Assembly (NCBI GenBank): GCA_965116495.1
Contig: OZ220696.1
Span: 928,001 to 992,000 of the forward strand
Direction: 5' to 3'
Source: Gammaproteobacteria bacterium
GTDB taxonomy: Bacteria > Pseudomonadota > Gammaproteobacteria > Eutrophobiales > Eutrophobiaceae
Length of the DNA: 64,000 nt
Part shown: one piece after another, positions 20,713-31,339 of the stretch
How the letters are laid out: each line of letters begins with the position of its first letter
Position numbering within the stretch: the first letter of the stretch is position 1
Program-made: the position numbers and the translations under genes
The notes under the pieces: generated by a model
Seen by the model: the letters and a program-made list of their open reading frames with translations, nothing else
Database searches by the model: none
Told to the model about the DNA's origin: nothing

Positions 20713-20846
20713 GGGTCGGTTTTCAATACAGGTTTTTCGGTTAACAGTCTGGGTCATCGATATTATGATGCATGCCGGCCTGACTTTCCATAAGCAGGCT
20801 GCAGGAGTGTTGTCTTTGCCGGGTCCGCTGAAGGAATAAGTTGCCC

Positions 20847-20896
20847 ACTGGATTCCTGCTCCCTGCTTCCGCAGGGACAAGCTTCGCAGGGATGAC
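20847..20896 (-). repeat. REP-like palindromic repeat, copy 4
   Basis: Near reverse complement of 4687-4737. Confidence 0.8.
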
Positions 20897-21031
20897 AGCA
20901 TGGAGTTTGACCATACTTTGAGCCACACCCCAACCAGGAGGTTCACTGGGTTGATACCAGCCAGGTAGCCTTCCATTCGACATAATGATATAACTTGCAA
21001 GAGATGACCATACGAAGAGTGAGATGGCGAA

Positions 21032-22564
21032 ATGACTGAAATAACGCCTGTTCTGGAATTTATAAAAGTAGCAAACAGTGAATCCGCTGCAATAAACGCC
21101 CCCGGACAGGAAGCCCTCAGCTTCGGCGAGTTGCTGAAACTAGTTGAAAACACGGTATCAACACTGAACCGGAACGGCATTCGCAGAAACGACAGGGTCG
21201 CGATCGTATTGCCTAACGGCGCCGAGATGGCGGCAGCTTTTATAGCAATTTCCTGTGGCGCTACTGCCGCGCCGCTTAATCCTGCGTATCAGAAGGCTGA
21301 ATTTGATTTTTATCTGTCAGATCTCAATGCCGGCGTGCTGATCGTGGACGAGAACAGCCGCTCTCCGTCCCTTGAGTCTGCACGGGAGTTGAATATCCCC
21401 GTGCTGTTATTAAAAAAAGGAGGCTCCCTGACAGCAGGCGAATTCAGGCTGGAACCGGCCGCTAAAGTCCGGCAGGACAGGACGGTCATGACCCCGGATC
21501 TGGCCGGCAGCAACGATGTGGCGCTGGTTTTACATACATCCGGCACCACATCGCGCCCCAAAATTGTCCCGTTGACGCAACGGAACATCTGCGCCAGTGC
21601 AGAAAATATCCGGACCACCCTGAACCTCACAGCCGCAGACCGCTGTTTGAACGTGATGCCGCTGTTTCATATCCATGGCCTGATCGCAGCCGTTCTATCG
21701 AGTATCAGTGCCGGGGCGGGTATCTTCTGTACGCCGGGTTTCAATGCATTGAAATTTTTTGCCTGGCTGGAGGAAGCGCAACCAAGCTGGTATACCGCGG
21801 TCCCGACCATGCACCAGGCTATTCTGGCCAGGGCCGGTAAAAATAAAGAGATAGCCAGACAGTCCGCTTTGCGGTTTATCCGATCTTCGTCCGCGTCATT
21901 ACCCCCACAAGTCCTGAATGAACTGGAGCAAACTTTTAACACACCTGTCATCGAAGCTTATGCCATGACGGAGGCATCCCACCAGATGACGAGCAATCCG
22001 TTACCCCCCGGAACAAGAAAGCCGGGCAGCGTCGGCATGGCAGCCGGACCAAAGGTGGCGATCATGAGCAAGACCGGCAAGCTGCTGGAGCAAGGTTCCA
22101 TCGACGAGGTGGTGATTCAAGGGGAGAACGTCACGGCAGGGTATGACAAAAACCCGGCAGCAAACCGGGAAAACTTTGTCAACGGCTGGTTCCGCACCGG
22201 CGACCAGGGGGTGATGGATGAAGATGGGTACCTGACAATCACCGGGCGTTTGAAGGAGATCATCAACCGGGGTGGAGAAAAAATTTCACCCAGGGAAGTG
22301 GACGAAATCCTGCTGGACCATCCTTCGGTAAGCCAGGCTGTCACATTTGCCTTCCCCCACGATAAACTGGGCGAAGAAGTGGCGGCGGCTGTTGTGTTAA
22401 AAGACGGTCAGACAGCAAGCGAGAGTGAACTTCGCTCCTTTGCCGCAGAATATCTGGCCGGTTTTAAAGTGCCAAAGAAAATCATGTTGCTTGACGATAT
22501 TCCCAAAGGCGCGACCGGAAAAGTACAGCGCATTGGTCTGGCCGGGAAACTGGGGCTGGTCTGA
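21032..22564 (+). CDS. Acyl-CoA synthetase, probable oxalate--CoA ligase
   Basis: HTSGTTSRPK, PLFHIHG, EAYAMTEASHQMTSNPLP; coupled to panE2-like gene. Confidence 0.8.
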   Translation: MTEITPVLEFIKVANSESAAINAPGQEALSFGELLKLVENTVSTLNRNGIRRNDRVAIVLPNGAEMAAAFIAISCGATAAPLNPAYQKAEFDFYLSDLNAGVLIVDENSRSPSLESARELNIPVLLLKKGGSLTAGEFRLEPAAKVRQDRTVMTPDLAGSNDVALVLHTSGTTSRPKIVPLTQRNICASAENIRTTLNLTAADRCLNVMPLFHIHGLIAAVLSSISAGAGIFCTPGFNALKFFAWLEEAQPSWYTAVPTMHQAILARAGKNKEIARQSALRFIRSSSASLPPQVLNELEQTFNTPVIEAYAMTEASHQMTSNPLPPGTRKPGSVGMAAGPKVAIMSKTGKLLEQGSIDEVVIQGENVTAGYDKNPAANRENFVNGWFRTGDQGVMDEDGYLTITGRLKEIINRGGEKISPREVDEILLDHPSVSQAVTFAFPHDKLGEEVAAAVVLKDGQTASESELRSFAAEYLAGFKVPKKIMLLDDIPKGATGKVQRIGLAGKLGLV

Positions 22565-23538
22565 TGCGGATCTGTATATACGGCGCGGGGGCTATCGGGG
22601 GGTATATGGGCGCCCTGCTCTCCTTATCGGGGATTGACGTCACCCTGGTTGCCCGCGGGCCGCACCTGCAGGCGATGAAAAAAAACGGCTTGAAAATCAT
22701 TTCAGACGGGCAGGAAATAACCGCTTATCCGCACTGTACGGATGATCCCGCTGAAGCGGGTCCCCAGGATTACGTGATTATCACGCTGAAAGCCCCATCG
22801 GTGTCGAAGGTCCTGGATGCGATGCAGCCGTTGCTGGGGGAGCGAACCAGTGTAGTCACTACGGCCAACGGCATCCCCTGGTGGTATTTTTACGGGCTCA
22901 AGGGGCCCTGGGAGAATCACCGGCTGAAAACTGTCGACCCCGATAACCGCCAGTGGAACGGGATCGGCCCTGGGCGCGTCATCGGTTGTGTCGTCTACCC
23001 TGCCTGTGAAATCAGCGAACCGGGCGTGATTAAACATATGGAGGGAAACAGGTTTGCCCTGGGCGAACCCGACGGTGAAAAGTCTGAACGCTGCATGCAA
23101 CTGAGCAAAGCGCTGATCGGCGCCGGTTTCAAATCACCGGTGAGGTCCGAACTACGCAATGAAATCTGGGTGAAGTTATGGGGCAACCTCTGCTTTAACC
23201 CCATCAGTGTCCTGACACACGCAACGCTGGATGTGATAGCGACCGAGCCGGGTACGCGCGCGCTGGCAAAATCCATGATGCTGGAAGCACAGGCCATCGG
23301 GGAACAACTGGGAGTGCGATTTAGTGTTGGCGTTGAAAAGAGAATCGATGGGGCCGCGGCTGTCGGCGCCCACAAAACATCCATGCTGCAGGACCTGGAA
23401 GCCGGCAGGACCATGGAAATCGATGCGCTACTGGCTGTGGTAAAGGAACTGGGACAACTGGTCGGCGTCGCGACACCGGTAATCGACCTGGTACTGGCGC
23501 TGGTACAGCAACGGGCGCGCGTCGCGGGTTGTTATTAG
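22564..23538 (+). CDS. panE: Ketopantoate reductase-like protein, probable oxalyl-CoA reductase (PanE2)
   Basis: [31 protein letters not shown]. Confidence 0.8.
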   Translation: MRICIYGAGAIGGYMGALLSLSGIDVTLVARGPHLQAMKKNGLKIISDGQEITAYPHCTDDPAEAGPQDYVIITLKAPSVSKVLDAMQPLLGERTSVVTTANGIPWWYFYGLKGPWENHRLKTVDPDNRQWNGIGPGRVIGCVVYPACEISEPGVIKHMEGNRFALGEPDGEKSERCMQLSKALIGAGFKSPVRSELRNEIWVKLWGNLCFNPISVLTHATLDVIATEPGTRALAKSMMLEAQAIGEQLGVRFSVGVEKRIDGAAAVGAHKTSMLQDLEAGRTMEIDALLAVVKELGQLVGVATPVIDLVLALVQQRARVAGCY

Positions 23539-23765
23539 TCCCTTGCGAGGCTGAGAAATTTTGCCATATGATCAAGTTCGCGCCCGGTATCGGTATTCAA
23601 TATTGACGCATAGCCTTCCCTGCCGCCCCAGAAAACGTAGTTTTCACCGTTCAGGGCTACCGTTGCATCCAATGCGCTCTTTACCTGTGCAGCAGCGTGG
23701 GCAAGTACATAAAAGTCCGGATTGGTGGCGGCGTCGTTCATGTAACGGGGATGGCTGAACATGGG
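23535..23765 (-). pseudogene. xylA: Internal fragment of xylose isomerase
   Basis: [14 protein letters not shown]...AAAQVK...[17 protein letters not shown]...ELDH; both ends of the gene missing. Confidence 0.85.
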
Positions 23766-23871
23766 ATTGCCCACAAAGATAAGATACACAGGATGCCGCA
23801 GCGTTTCATTCTCCTGCGCACCACGATGGATAATGAAGAATGCATGCGGAGTGTGAAACCACCCATTAACT

Positions 23872-24150
23872 TTAATTCAATAGATGTAATTTCTTCAACG
23901 GCGAAATATCAATCGACCTGAACAGCGGGTAAACACTGATCCGGTCCCCCTGTTGCACGGCATAGGAAAAACCCACCGATTCGCCGTTTGCGATGATCAA
24001 ATCCACGTCCGTAACCGGAATAGCCAGCAGTTCAATCACATTCCTGACCGTATTTTGCTCCGGACAGGAAATATTTAATCGCCGCTGCCGGAATGACCGG
24101 CGCAGATGAGCATTCAATTCACCGTAGAAGCGTAAGCTGGCTGTGATCAT
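23872..24150 (-). pseudogene. Mut7-C ubiquitin-like domain lacking the RNase domain
   Basis: LRFYGELN...IP.TDVDLIIANGESVGFSY.VQ.GDRISVYP. Confidence 0.65.
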
Positions 24151-24287
24151 GTAATCATCCGTTGTTTTCTATTGTTCATCTCCTCGAATGCCCGTTCAAC
24201 CCGTTCCCCGAGCTTACCACGCCGATACATCCGCAGACAGGCAGGTTCAAAGTCGTGCAGGATAAACTCCGGCATTTGCTCTGTCAT
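24147..24287 (-). pseudogene. Remnant resembling the N-terminus of a PflX-like radical SAM protein
   Basis: Manual translation: ...FEPACLRMYRRGKLGERVERAFEEM...; ends before any CxxxCxxC; stop overlaps Mut7-C start. Confidence 0.45.
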
Positions 24288-24305
24288 CGATGCTAATTAT
24301 ACCAG

Positions 24306-24566
24306 TACCCTTTCCAGTTAATATTGACATGTTCAGAGTGAAGCAGCGGCGCCAAGACAAGGCGCAGTCCGCAGAGAATGGCGCGCCCTTGTCAAGGACT
24401 GCAACGCCGTATTGGCGCCGCTGCTTCGCTCCCTGCGGGCGGGCCGGGAAGCGGTCGCCCGCGGCGTTACGCCGCTTGGCAAGGGCGCGCCATTACCTGC
24501 GCGGCGCGCCTTGCGCGCAACCGCTTCCCGGCCCGCTGAACATGTCAATATTAACTGGAAAGGGTA
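24306..24566. mobile_element. MITE-like element with perfect 31-bp terminal inverted repeats
   Basis: taccctttccagttaatattgacatgttcag (24306-24336) and its reverse complement (24536-24566); flanks CCAG/CTAG; internal GC-rich hairpins. Confidence 0.8.
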
Positions 24567-24698
24567 CTAGCATGCCGGCGTAAAGTGATGTTTGGCGGGA
24601 TGTTTGAAAATGCCTGTATATGCAAGCATGATGTCCGGACCGGTTGGTTTCCGCTAATCGGTCAGTTAAGATAATCAACGAACACAAATAGCCAATAC

Positions 24699-26090
24699 AT
24701 GCACAAACTCATCATTCAATCACTACGTGACAACGTTCGCGGCCCGGTGTTATGTCCGGGTGACGCGGGTTACGACGAAACACGGGTCCTGCACAACGGC
24801 ATGATCGACAAGCGTCCGGCGGCAATCGTGCGCTGCACGGGTGTTGCCGACATACGTTATTGCGTCAATGCGGCCCGTGAAAACGACCTGTTGCCGGCCG
24901 TACGCGGCGGCGGTCACGGGGTGGCAGGCAACGCCAGTTGCGATGATGGTTTGATGATCGACCTGTCGCTGATGCGCGGCGTACGGGTCGATGCCGGGCA
25001 GCACATTGCCTGGGTCAGCGGTGGTGCGACGCTGGGCGACATCGACCACGAAACCCAGCCGTTCGGCCTGGTCGCACCGGCCGGCGTGGTGTCCGAAACA
25101 GGCATTGCGGGTCTCGCGCTCGGCGGCGGATTCGGCTGGGTGCGCGGCAAGTACGGGATGACTGTCGATAACATTCTCGGCGTCGACATAGTCACTGCCG
25201 ACGGCGAGTTGCGCCATGCAAGCGTGTCGGAGAACCCGGACCTGTTCTGGGCGGTGCGCGGGGGTGGCGGCAATTTCGGCATCGTCACGAGCTTCGAATT
25301 CCGCCTGCACCCGCTGGGACCCATCGTCATGCACTGCGCGCCGGTGTACGCCGGAACGCAGGCGCGCGACATCCTTCAGGGTTGGCGGGAATTCATGCAC
25401 ACGGCGCCGGATGAGTTTACGACCGAATTCTTTTTCTGGACCATCCCGGATCACGACACCTTCCCGCCGGACCTGCGCGGCGAGGACGTCGTCATCCCCG
25501 CCGGGGTCTACGCCGGACCGGCTCATGAAGGTGAGCGATACGTACAACCATTGCGGGAACTCGCCACACCGCTCATCGATCTCAGTGGCCAGCGGCCTTT
25601 CACGGCCGTGCAGCAGATGTTCGACGTGTACCTGCCGAAAGGCGAGTTGCTGAATTACTGGAAATCGCTATACCTGGATCGTATGACGGACGATGTGTTC
25701 GATGCACTGATTACGGTCTTCAACGAACGCCCCGCCAGACGCACACCGTTCGTACTGCATGACCTGCGCGGCGCCAGCGCCCGGGTTGACGCCAACGCTA
25801 CCGCATTCGGCAGTCGCGCCATGCCGTACCTTATGGAATTCAACTCATCGTGGACAGACCCCGGTGACACGGACGCCAACATCGCCTGGACCCGCAAGGT
25901 GTGGGACGATATGGCGACCCGATTCTCGTCCGGTCACGGCGGCTACCTCAACATGACTTCCTACAACGAACACGGCGAGGGGCTGGTTAAGGAGACTTAT
26001 GGTGTGAATTACCCGCGGCTGCGTGAGGTCAAGCGGCAGTACGACCCCGGCAATTTGTTCAGGTTGAACGCCAATATACTGCCGGGTTAG
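24699..26090 (+). CDS. FAD-linked oxidase (BBE/6-hydroxy-D-nicotine oxidase-like)
   Basis: VRGGGH, LFWAVRGGGGNFGIVT, YLN, KRQYDPGNLFRLN. Confidence 0.9.
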   Translation: MHKLIIQSLRDNVRGPVLCPGDAGYDETRVLHNGMIDKRPAAIVRCTGVADIRYCVNAARENDLLPAVRGGGHGVAGNASCDDGLMIDLSLMRGVRVDAGQHIAWVSGGATLGDIDHETQPFGLVAPAGVVSETGIAGLALGGGFGWVRGKYGMTVDNILGVDIVTADGELRHASVSENPDLFWAVRGGGGNFGIVTSFEFRLHPLGPIVMHCAPVYAGTQARDILQGWREFMHTAPDEFTTEFFFWTIPDHDTFPPDLRGEDVVIPAGVYAGPAHEGERYVQPLRELATPLIDLSGQRPFTAVQQMFDVYLPKGELLNYWKSLYLDRMTDDVFDALITVFNERPARRTPFVLHDLRGASARVDANATAFGSRAMPYLMEFNSSWTDPGDTDANIAWTRKVWDDMATRFSSGHGGYLNMTSYNEHGEGLVKETYGVNYPRLREVKRQYDPGNLFRLNANILPG

Positions 26091-26096
26091 TGTCTT

Positions 26097-27365
26097 TCAA
26101 TGATCTGTCTTTTTGTAAGGCGGTAGCAATAGAGTTGTAACAGCCGATATTATGATCACAATGGCGGCTGCCACCAGTATTTCCCGGTAAGAACCATACG
26201 TCTCATAAGCCAGGCCGAACAGGTAAGGGCCGAGTGAGGTACCGATAAGGAAGGAAGCAAACAGGATACCGTAGATCTTACCGAAATTAGCCACCCCGAA
26301 GTAGCGGCTGGTGAGGTAAGCCAGCACGTCTATCTCCGCGCCCATACTCAACCCGATGCAAAGCGCGGCCAGGAAAGCCGGTGTGCCGGCTGCGCCGGCT
26401 GCTAGGATGCCCACACCGCAGGCGCTGATCATAAAGCAGACAAAGGCGACCCGGGTGGCGCTGAACAGGTCTATCAGGTAACCGACGAAAATACGCGAAA
26501 CCACGATGGCTATACCCAAGGTGGACTGGACCAGTGCCGCCTCGCCCGTCGTCATGCCGCGGTCCGTCATCATCGGGACCATATGCGATAACACGCCGTA
26601 AAGGCCGAAAGATAACAAGCTGAATATCAGGAAAAGTTGCCACAACAGTCGTGATTTAAGTACGGGCAGCAGGTTCAACGTTGTTTTTTCAGCGTTCCCG
26701 GTTGCTACGGCGTCCTTATCAGGTGATACAGCTTTGCCATGTCCCGACGGTGCGTCACGCAGAAAAAAATAGACCAGCGGCACGGCTACTGTCACTGCGA
26801 CTATCGCCAGACATAAATAACCGGCCCGCCAACCGTAACTGTCGATGACATACTGCGCCAGTGGAGGTACATAGGCATAACCCATCCCGCTCCCCCCCAT
26901 GGCAATCCCGATTGCCAGTCCCCGCCGGCTGTCGAACCAGGTTGTAATGGTGCGCAAATAGGGCAGCGCATTCGCGCCGGCCCCCAAACAACCAATCAAA
27001 ATATAGATAACAAGTAATTCCCACAGGTTATCGACAAACAGGGCCGGCGTGGCGAGCAAGACAGCAAAGAGCAGGATGGAAGGTAATAACACCCGTCTAC
27101 TGCCAAAGCGATCGACCAGTTGACCAATGATGGGGATGCAGAGCGCCAGTGAAATGGTGGAGTAAGTCGCTGCAAGACTGATTTGAGCGCGATCCCAGCC
27201 GAACTCTTCCCCCAACGGCTTGATGAACAGACCAAGGGCGCCGAACGCAAACTGGCCGGGTCCGGTGGACATGGCGACCGCGGCAATCGCCACGATCCAC
27301 CAGCCGCGGTAGGTAATGTGATTTTCCCCGGCCAATCCCTGCCGATGTGTGGCGATATTTCTCAT
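26097..27365 (-). CDS. MFS transporter (OFA-like)
   Basis: GQLVDRFGSRR, WFDSRRGLAIG, SRYFG..NFGKIYG. Confidence 0.9.
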   Translation of the reverse strand: MRNIATHRQGLAGENHITYRGWWIVAIAAVAMSTGPGQFAFGALGLFIKPLGEEFGWDRAQISLAATYSTISLALCIPIIGQLVDRFGSRRVLLPSILLFAVLLATPALFVDNLWELLVIYILIGCLGAGANALPYLRTITTWFDSRRGLAIGIAMGGSGMGYAYVPPLAQYVIDSYGWRAGYLCLAIVAVTVAVPLVYFFLRDAPSGHGKAVSPDKDAVATGNAEKTTLNLLPVLKSRLLWQLFLIFSLLSFGLYGVLSHMVPMMTDRGMTTGEAALVQSTLGIAIVVSRIFVGYLIDLFSATRVAFVCFMISACGVGILAAGAAGTPAFLAALCIGLSMGAEIDVLAYLTSRYFGVANFGKIYGILFASFLIGTSLGPYLFGLAYETYGSYREILVAAAIVIIISAVTTLLLPPYKKTDH

Positions 27366-27530
27366 TGGTCTTATACTGTGGGATAAATATAGTGAGATTA
27401 GACAGCTTTACTGTCTATGTTTACTCTATCAGAGTATCGGGTAAAAACATGAAGTATAACTATGATAAAGAACATATCACGTACCCATCTTGTCTTTTAC
27501 CGCTAAACACACACAACCGAGGACGCGAGC

Positions 27531-28685
27531 ATGAACATTGAAACGCTGTTGATCCATGCAGGAGAAGAAGACAAAAAATATGCCGGGGCGGTTGTGCTTC
27601 CCATATTTCAGAGTGCCACATTTGCATATGGCGGTGAAGACAACTACCACGATCAAAAGTATATCCGGCTGAACAACACCCCCAGTCACAAGGTGGTTCA
27701 GGAGAAACTGGCACGGATTACCGGTGGTGAGGACGCCGTGGTCACTGCGTCGGGGATGGCTGCGATTACCACCGCACTGTTGACCGTATTAAAAAAAGGC
27801 GACCACCTGCTGGCACAGGATTGTCTCTATGGCGGCACACAATCCTTTTTGGCGCACACTATCGCTGACTTCGGGATTGATGTGGATTTTGTGCCGGCAA
27901 ACGAGCCGGGTGAATGGGAAAAACGGCTTCGGCCTGAGACGCGCGCAATCTATGTCGAGACCATGAGTAATCCCCTGCTGGAAGTTGCCGATCTCTCATC
28001 CGTTGTTGCGTTTGCCCGATCCCATCGCCTCGTTTCCATGGTCGACAATACCTTTGCCTCGCCGGTGAACTTCCGGCCCCTGGACATGGGCTTTGACCTG
28101 TCATTGCATAGTTGTACAAAGTATCTGAATGGACATTCGGATATTGTAGCCGGCTGTGTGATTGGCAAAAACGACCTGATCACTCGCATCACGCACCGTT
28201 TAAATCTTTTGGGTGGTTGCCTGGATCCGCACGCCTGTTTTCTGTTGCTGCGCGGCATGAAAACGCTGGCCTTGCGCGTGGAAAAGCAAAATGCAAACGC
28301 ACAGGCGTTGGCTTCTTTTCTGGAAGCTCACCCGGCCGTGGTGCGTGTGAATTACCCGGGCCTGCCCGGCCATCCGCAACACAGCCGGGCAAAAATGCTC
28401 TTTAACGGGTGTGGCGGGGTGTTGAGTTTCGAGTTGGCGGGCGATTACCGCGTGGCTGATGGAGTGATATCAAGATTAAAATTGCCGACCCCTGCGCCAA
28501 GTCTGGGCGGCGTCGAGACATTGATCACCCGGCCCGTGCAAACGTCACATGCAGAGATGAGTGCCGAAGAACTGGAAGCAGCGGGGATATCAGCGCGATT
28601 GATTCGCCTGGCGGTAGGCATTGAATCAGCAGCGGATCTATGCGCGGATTTTGAGCAGGCAATGCAGGGCGTTCAGGCTGAATGA
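27531..28685 (+). CDS. Trans-sulfuration PLP enzyme (cystathionine gamma-synthase/lyase family)
   Basis: SGMAAI, DNTFASP, SCTKYLNGHSD, SLGGVETL, RLAVGIE. Confidence 0.9.
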   Translation: MNIETLLIHAGEEDKKYAGAVVLPIFQSATFAYGGEDNYHDQKYIRLNNTPSHKVVQEKLARITGGEDAVVTASGMAAITTALLTVLKKGDHLLAQDCLYGGTQSFLAHTIADFGIDVDFVPANEPGEWEKRLRPETRAIYVETMSNPLLEVADLSSVVAFARSHRLVSMVDNTFASPVNFRPLDMGFDLSLHSCTKYLNGHSDIVAGCVIGKNDLITRITHRLNLLGGCLDPHACFLLLRGMKTLALRVEKQNANAQALASFLEAHPAVVRVNYPGLPGHPQHSRAKMLFNGCGGVLSFELAGDYRVADGVISRLKLPTPAPSLGGVETLITRPVQTSHAEMSAEELEAAGISARLIRLAVGIESAADLCADFEQAMQGVQAE

Positions 28686-28765
28686 CTGAAAAGCTGTTTC
28701 ATGACATGGATGGACAAGATAAACAGGATGTTTGAGATTCTTTATGGCAGCCGGACTTCAGGACC

Positions 28766-30097
28766 ATGAAGGATAACGATACGGATTATATCCGCTCCCT
28801 GGTGCGCCCTGATTGCGTCCACAGGGATGTATATATCGATCCGGAAATTTTCACTCTGGAAGTAAAACGTATCTTTGCCCGTTCCTGGAACTACCTTTGC
28901 CATGAGAGCCAGATAAGGCATCCCGGTGATTACCTGACCGGTGATATCGCCGGTAATCCTTTTATCGTAATCCGTCATGAGGATAATTCCATCAGGGTAT
29001 TGCATAACCGTTGCGCCCATCGCGGCGCGAAACTGCTGGAAAACGGACAAGGCAATGCAGCAGTCATAAGCTGCAGTTATCATGGCTGGTGCTATAAGAC
29101 GAACGGCAAGTTGCTGTCCGTCCCCTGCCGGGAGAATTACCAGGATACGGAAATTGGCAATAACCTGGCAAATTACGGCCTGTCGGAAATCAGGACAGGC
29201 AGCTATCGCGGCTTCATTTTTGCCAACCTGGACGGTAACGCTCCCGATCTGACCGGATACCTGGGTAGCTCCCGGCGCGCGCTGGACAACATGGTTGACC
29301 GTTCCCCGGAAGGAAAACTGGAAGCTTTGGGAAGTTCGTTCCGCGCCATCTACCGCAACAACTGGAAGATTTACCTGGAAAACCTCCATGACGGCATGCA
29401 CCCGTTGCACGTGCACCAGTCTTCTATTGCGGCAAGTCGGGAGCAAATCGGCAAGATTGAAAAAAACTCAGCCGGCACACCTCCCCTCGCCCTGCAACTG
29501 GTACAGGCAAACGCACAGAGTTACCGGCAGATGGAGGAACTGGAGGTCACCTGTTACGAACACGGACACAGTGATATGCGCGGGTTTCGCAATCCCGATA
29601 ATGACGCTGATCCGGTCTACCGGGAATACGTCAACCGGCATCAGCGACAGTACGGAGAAGAAAAGTCCGGAGAAATCCTGAATACGAACCTGCACAATGT
29701 GAATTTCTATCCCAACGCCTCGGCACACCCGCGTTTTCTGCAGATGCGCGTGATAACACCGATTTCAGTGGATAGAACAGCCATCGAAATTTACGTTTTC
29801 CGTTGGAAAGGAGCGCCGGAAGAGATCAACCGGAGAAATGTCATTTACGCCAATACCATCCACTCCCCTTCCTCGCTGATCAAGCCCGACGATCTCGAGA
29901 CCTACCGCCGGGTACAGGAAGGGCTGCATTCATCCGGCAGGGAGTGGATAAGCCAGCACAGCCTGTTTGACCCGGGCTCGGATGATATATCACCCCAATC
30001 CGCACTGAGCGAACAGTACATTCGAAACCAGTATCGAGCCTGGCTGGCATACATGTGCAACCCGAATATTGCCCCGAAGGCAGGCACAGAAGCGTGA
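28766..30097 (+). CDS. Rieske ring-hydroxylating oxygenase alpha subunit
   Basis: NRCAHRG...CSYHGW Rieske ligands; ENLHDGMH..VH and KPDD mononuclear iron motif. Confidence 0.92.
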   Translation: MKDNDTDYIRSLVRPDCVHRDVYIDPEIFTLEVKRIFARSWNYLCHESQIRHPGDYLTGDIAGNPFIVIRHEDNSIRVLHNRCAHRGAKLLENGQGNAAVISCSYHGWCYKTNGKLLSVPCRENYQDTEIGNNLANYGLSEIRTGSYRGFIFANLDGNAPDLTGYLGSSRRALDNMVDRSPEGKLEALGSSFRAIYRNNWKIYLENLHDGMHPLHVHQSSIAASREQIGKIEKNSAGTPPLALQLVQANAQSYRQMEELEVTCYEHGHSDMRGFRNPDNDADPVYREYVNRHQRQYGEEKSGEILNTNLHNVNFYPNASAHPRFLQMRVITPISVDRTAIEIYVFRWKGAPEEINRRNVIYANTIHSPSSLIKPDDLETYRRVQEGLHSSGREWISQHSLFDPGSDDISPQSALSEQYIRNQYRAWLAYMCNPNIAPKAGTEA

Positions 30098-30131
30098 TGA
30101 ATCCGGATTATTTTACCCGGACCGATAAATC

Positions 30132-30650
30132 GTGACTGTTTTTGCCGACAAGACAAACTCAACCGGGCTGACGGATGACGATCGGGAAGCAATCGAATTA
30201 TTGCTCTACCGGGAAACGGAATATCTTGACCAGGCCCGTTACGAGGAGTGGCTGGGATTGTTCACCGATGATTGCAGATACTGGGTCCCGGCAAGGAAGG
30301 GGCAAACGGATCCTGTCGATGACATTTCCCTGTTCTATGAAGACCGCGACCTTATGGAAATGCGCATAAGCCGAATTCAGCATCCGCGGGCACATTCTCT
30401 CGATAATCCGGTTACGACAAGCCATGTTACCGGGGATAAACTGGTCGAGGACATCAGCGCCGATACGGGTGAGATAATCATCACCACCCGGTTCCAGATG
30501 GTCGAACACCAGCGCGGTGAACAACGCCTGTTTGCCGGCGCATACCGTTACCACCTGCGCCGGGACAACGGGGGGTTTAAAATCAGCCTCAAACGGGTAG
30601 ATTTAATAAACTGTGAGGATTACTTCGAACCCCTGCAGGTCTTTATATAG
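30132..30650 (+). CDS. Ring-hydroxylating oxygenase beta subunit
   Basis: LLYRE..YLD..RYEEWL.LF, YWVP, KI..KRVDLIN. Confidence 0.9.
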   Translation: MTVFADKTNSTGLTDDDREAIELLLYRETEYLDQARYEEWLGLFTDDCRYWVPARKGQTDPVDDISLFYEDRDLMEMRISRIQHPRAHSLDNPVTTSHVTGDKLVEDISADTGEIIITTRFQMVEHQRGEQRLFAGAYRYHLRRDNGGFKISLKRVDLINCEDYFEPLQVFI

Positions 30651-30701
30651 GAAAGCAGGTAATCCCATCTCTTACACCAGAGCATACGAGGTAGAAACAA
30701 A

Positions 30702-31337
30702 ATGTTTCCGCAATTATCACCCAAAAATACAGCCCTGCTCATCATAGACATGAGCCTGGATTTTTTACAGGTCGGCGCGCCTTTTGAAACTGTAGAAGGA
30801 CGGGATATGCTGCCCAACCTGATCCGGTTTACCCGGCATTGCCGTGAGGTGAAACTGCCGGTCATTTATTTGAACCATGTCCATTACCCGGGCGCCAACG
30901 ACAAGGGCACCCTGGCAGACCGTTTTCCTGTTATCCGGGACGGGAAGGCCGTGCGTGCAGGTACGGAGGGGGTCACTATCTGGCCGGATATCGCGCCCCA
31001 GGCCGGTGATATCGTGATCGAGAAGATCAGGCAATCCGGTTTCATGTACACCAGGCTGGATGCAATACTCAAGGAACTGAAAGTCGTCAATCTCCTGGTG
31101 TCAGGCGTTTCAAGCGGGGCCTGTGTTGAATCCACCGCCAGAGATGCGGTTTCACGGGACTATTTCGTCTACATGTTGAGTGACGTCACGGCTGCATCGG
31201 ATATCCCGGACCTCGGCTGGGGAGCAGTGAATTTCGATACCCTGCAACGGGTGTTTTTGACCAATTTTGCCTGCCACCTGGGGAAAGTCGCTTCGACAGA
31301 AGAGTTAATGACCGGGCCGCTTGCGAAAAGTCCGTAG
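30702..31337 (+). CDS. Isochorismatase/cysteine hydrolase
   Basis: ALLIIDM, IEK.R.SGF, GV...ACVESTARDA (D-K-C triad). Confidence 0.88.
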   Translation: MFPQLSPKNTALLIIDMSLDFLQVGAPFETVEGRDMLPNLIRFTRHCREVKLPVIYLNHVHYPGANDKGTLADRFPVIRDGKAVRAGTEGVTIWPDIAPQAGDIVIEKIRQSGFMYTRLDAILKELKVVNLLVSGVSSGACVESTARDAVSRDYFVYMLSDVTAASDIPDLGWGAVNFDTLQRVFLTNFACHLGKVASTEELMTGPLAKSP

Positions 31338-31339
31338 AT

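Noticed and set aside
20713-21180. N-terminal extension of the peptidase ORF
   Set aside because: Runs through a REP repeat and overlaps the divergent gene; the signal peptide starts at 20712.
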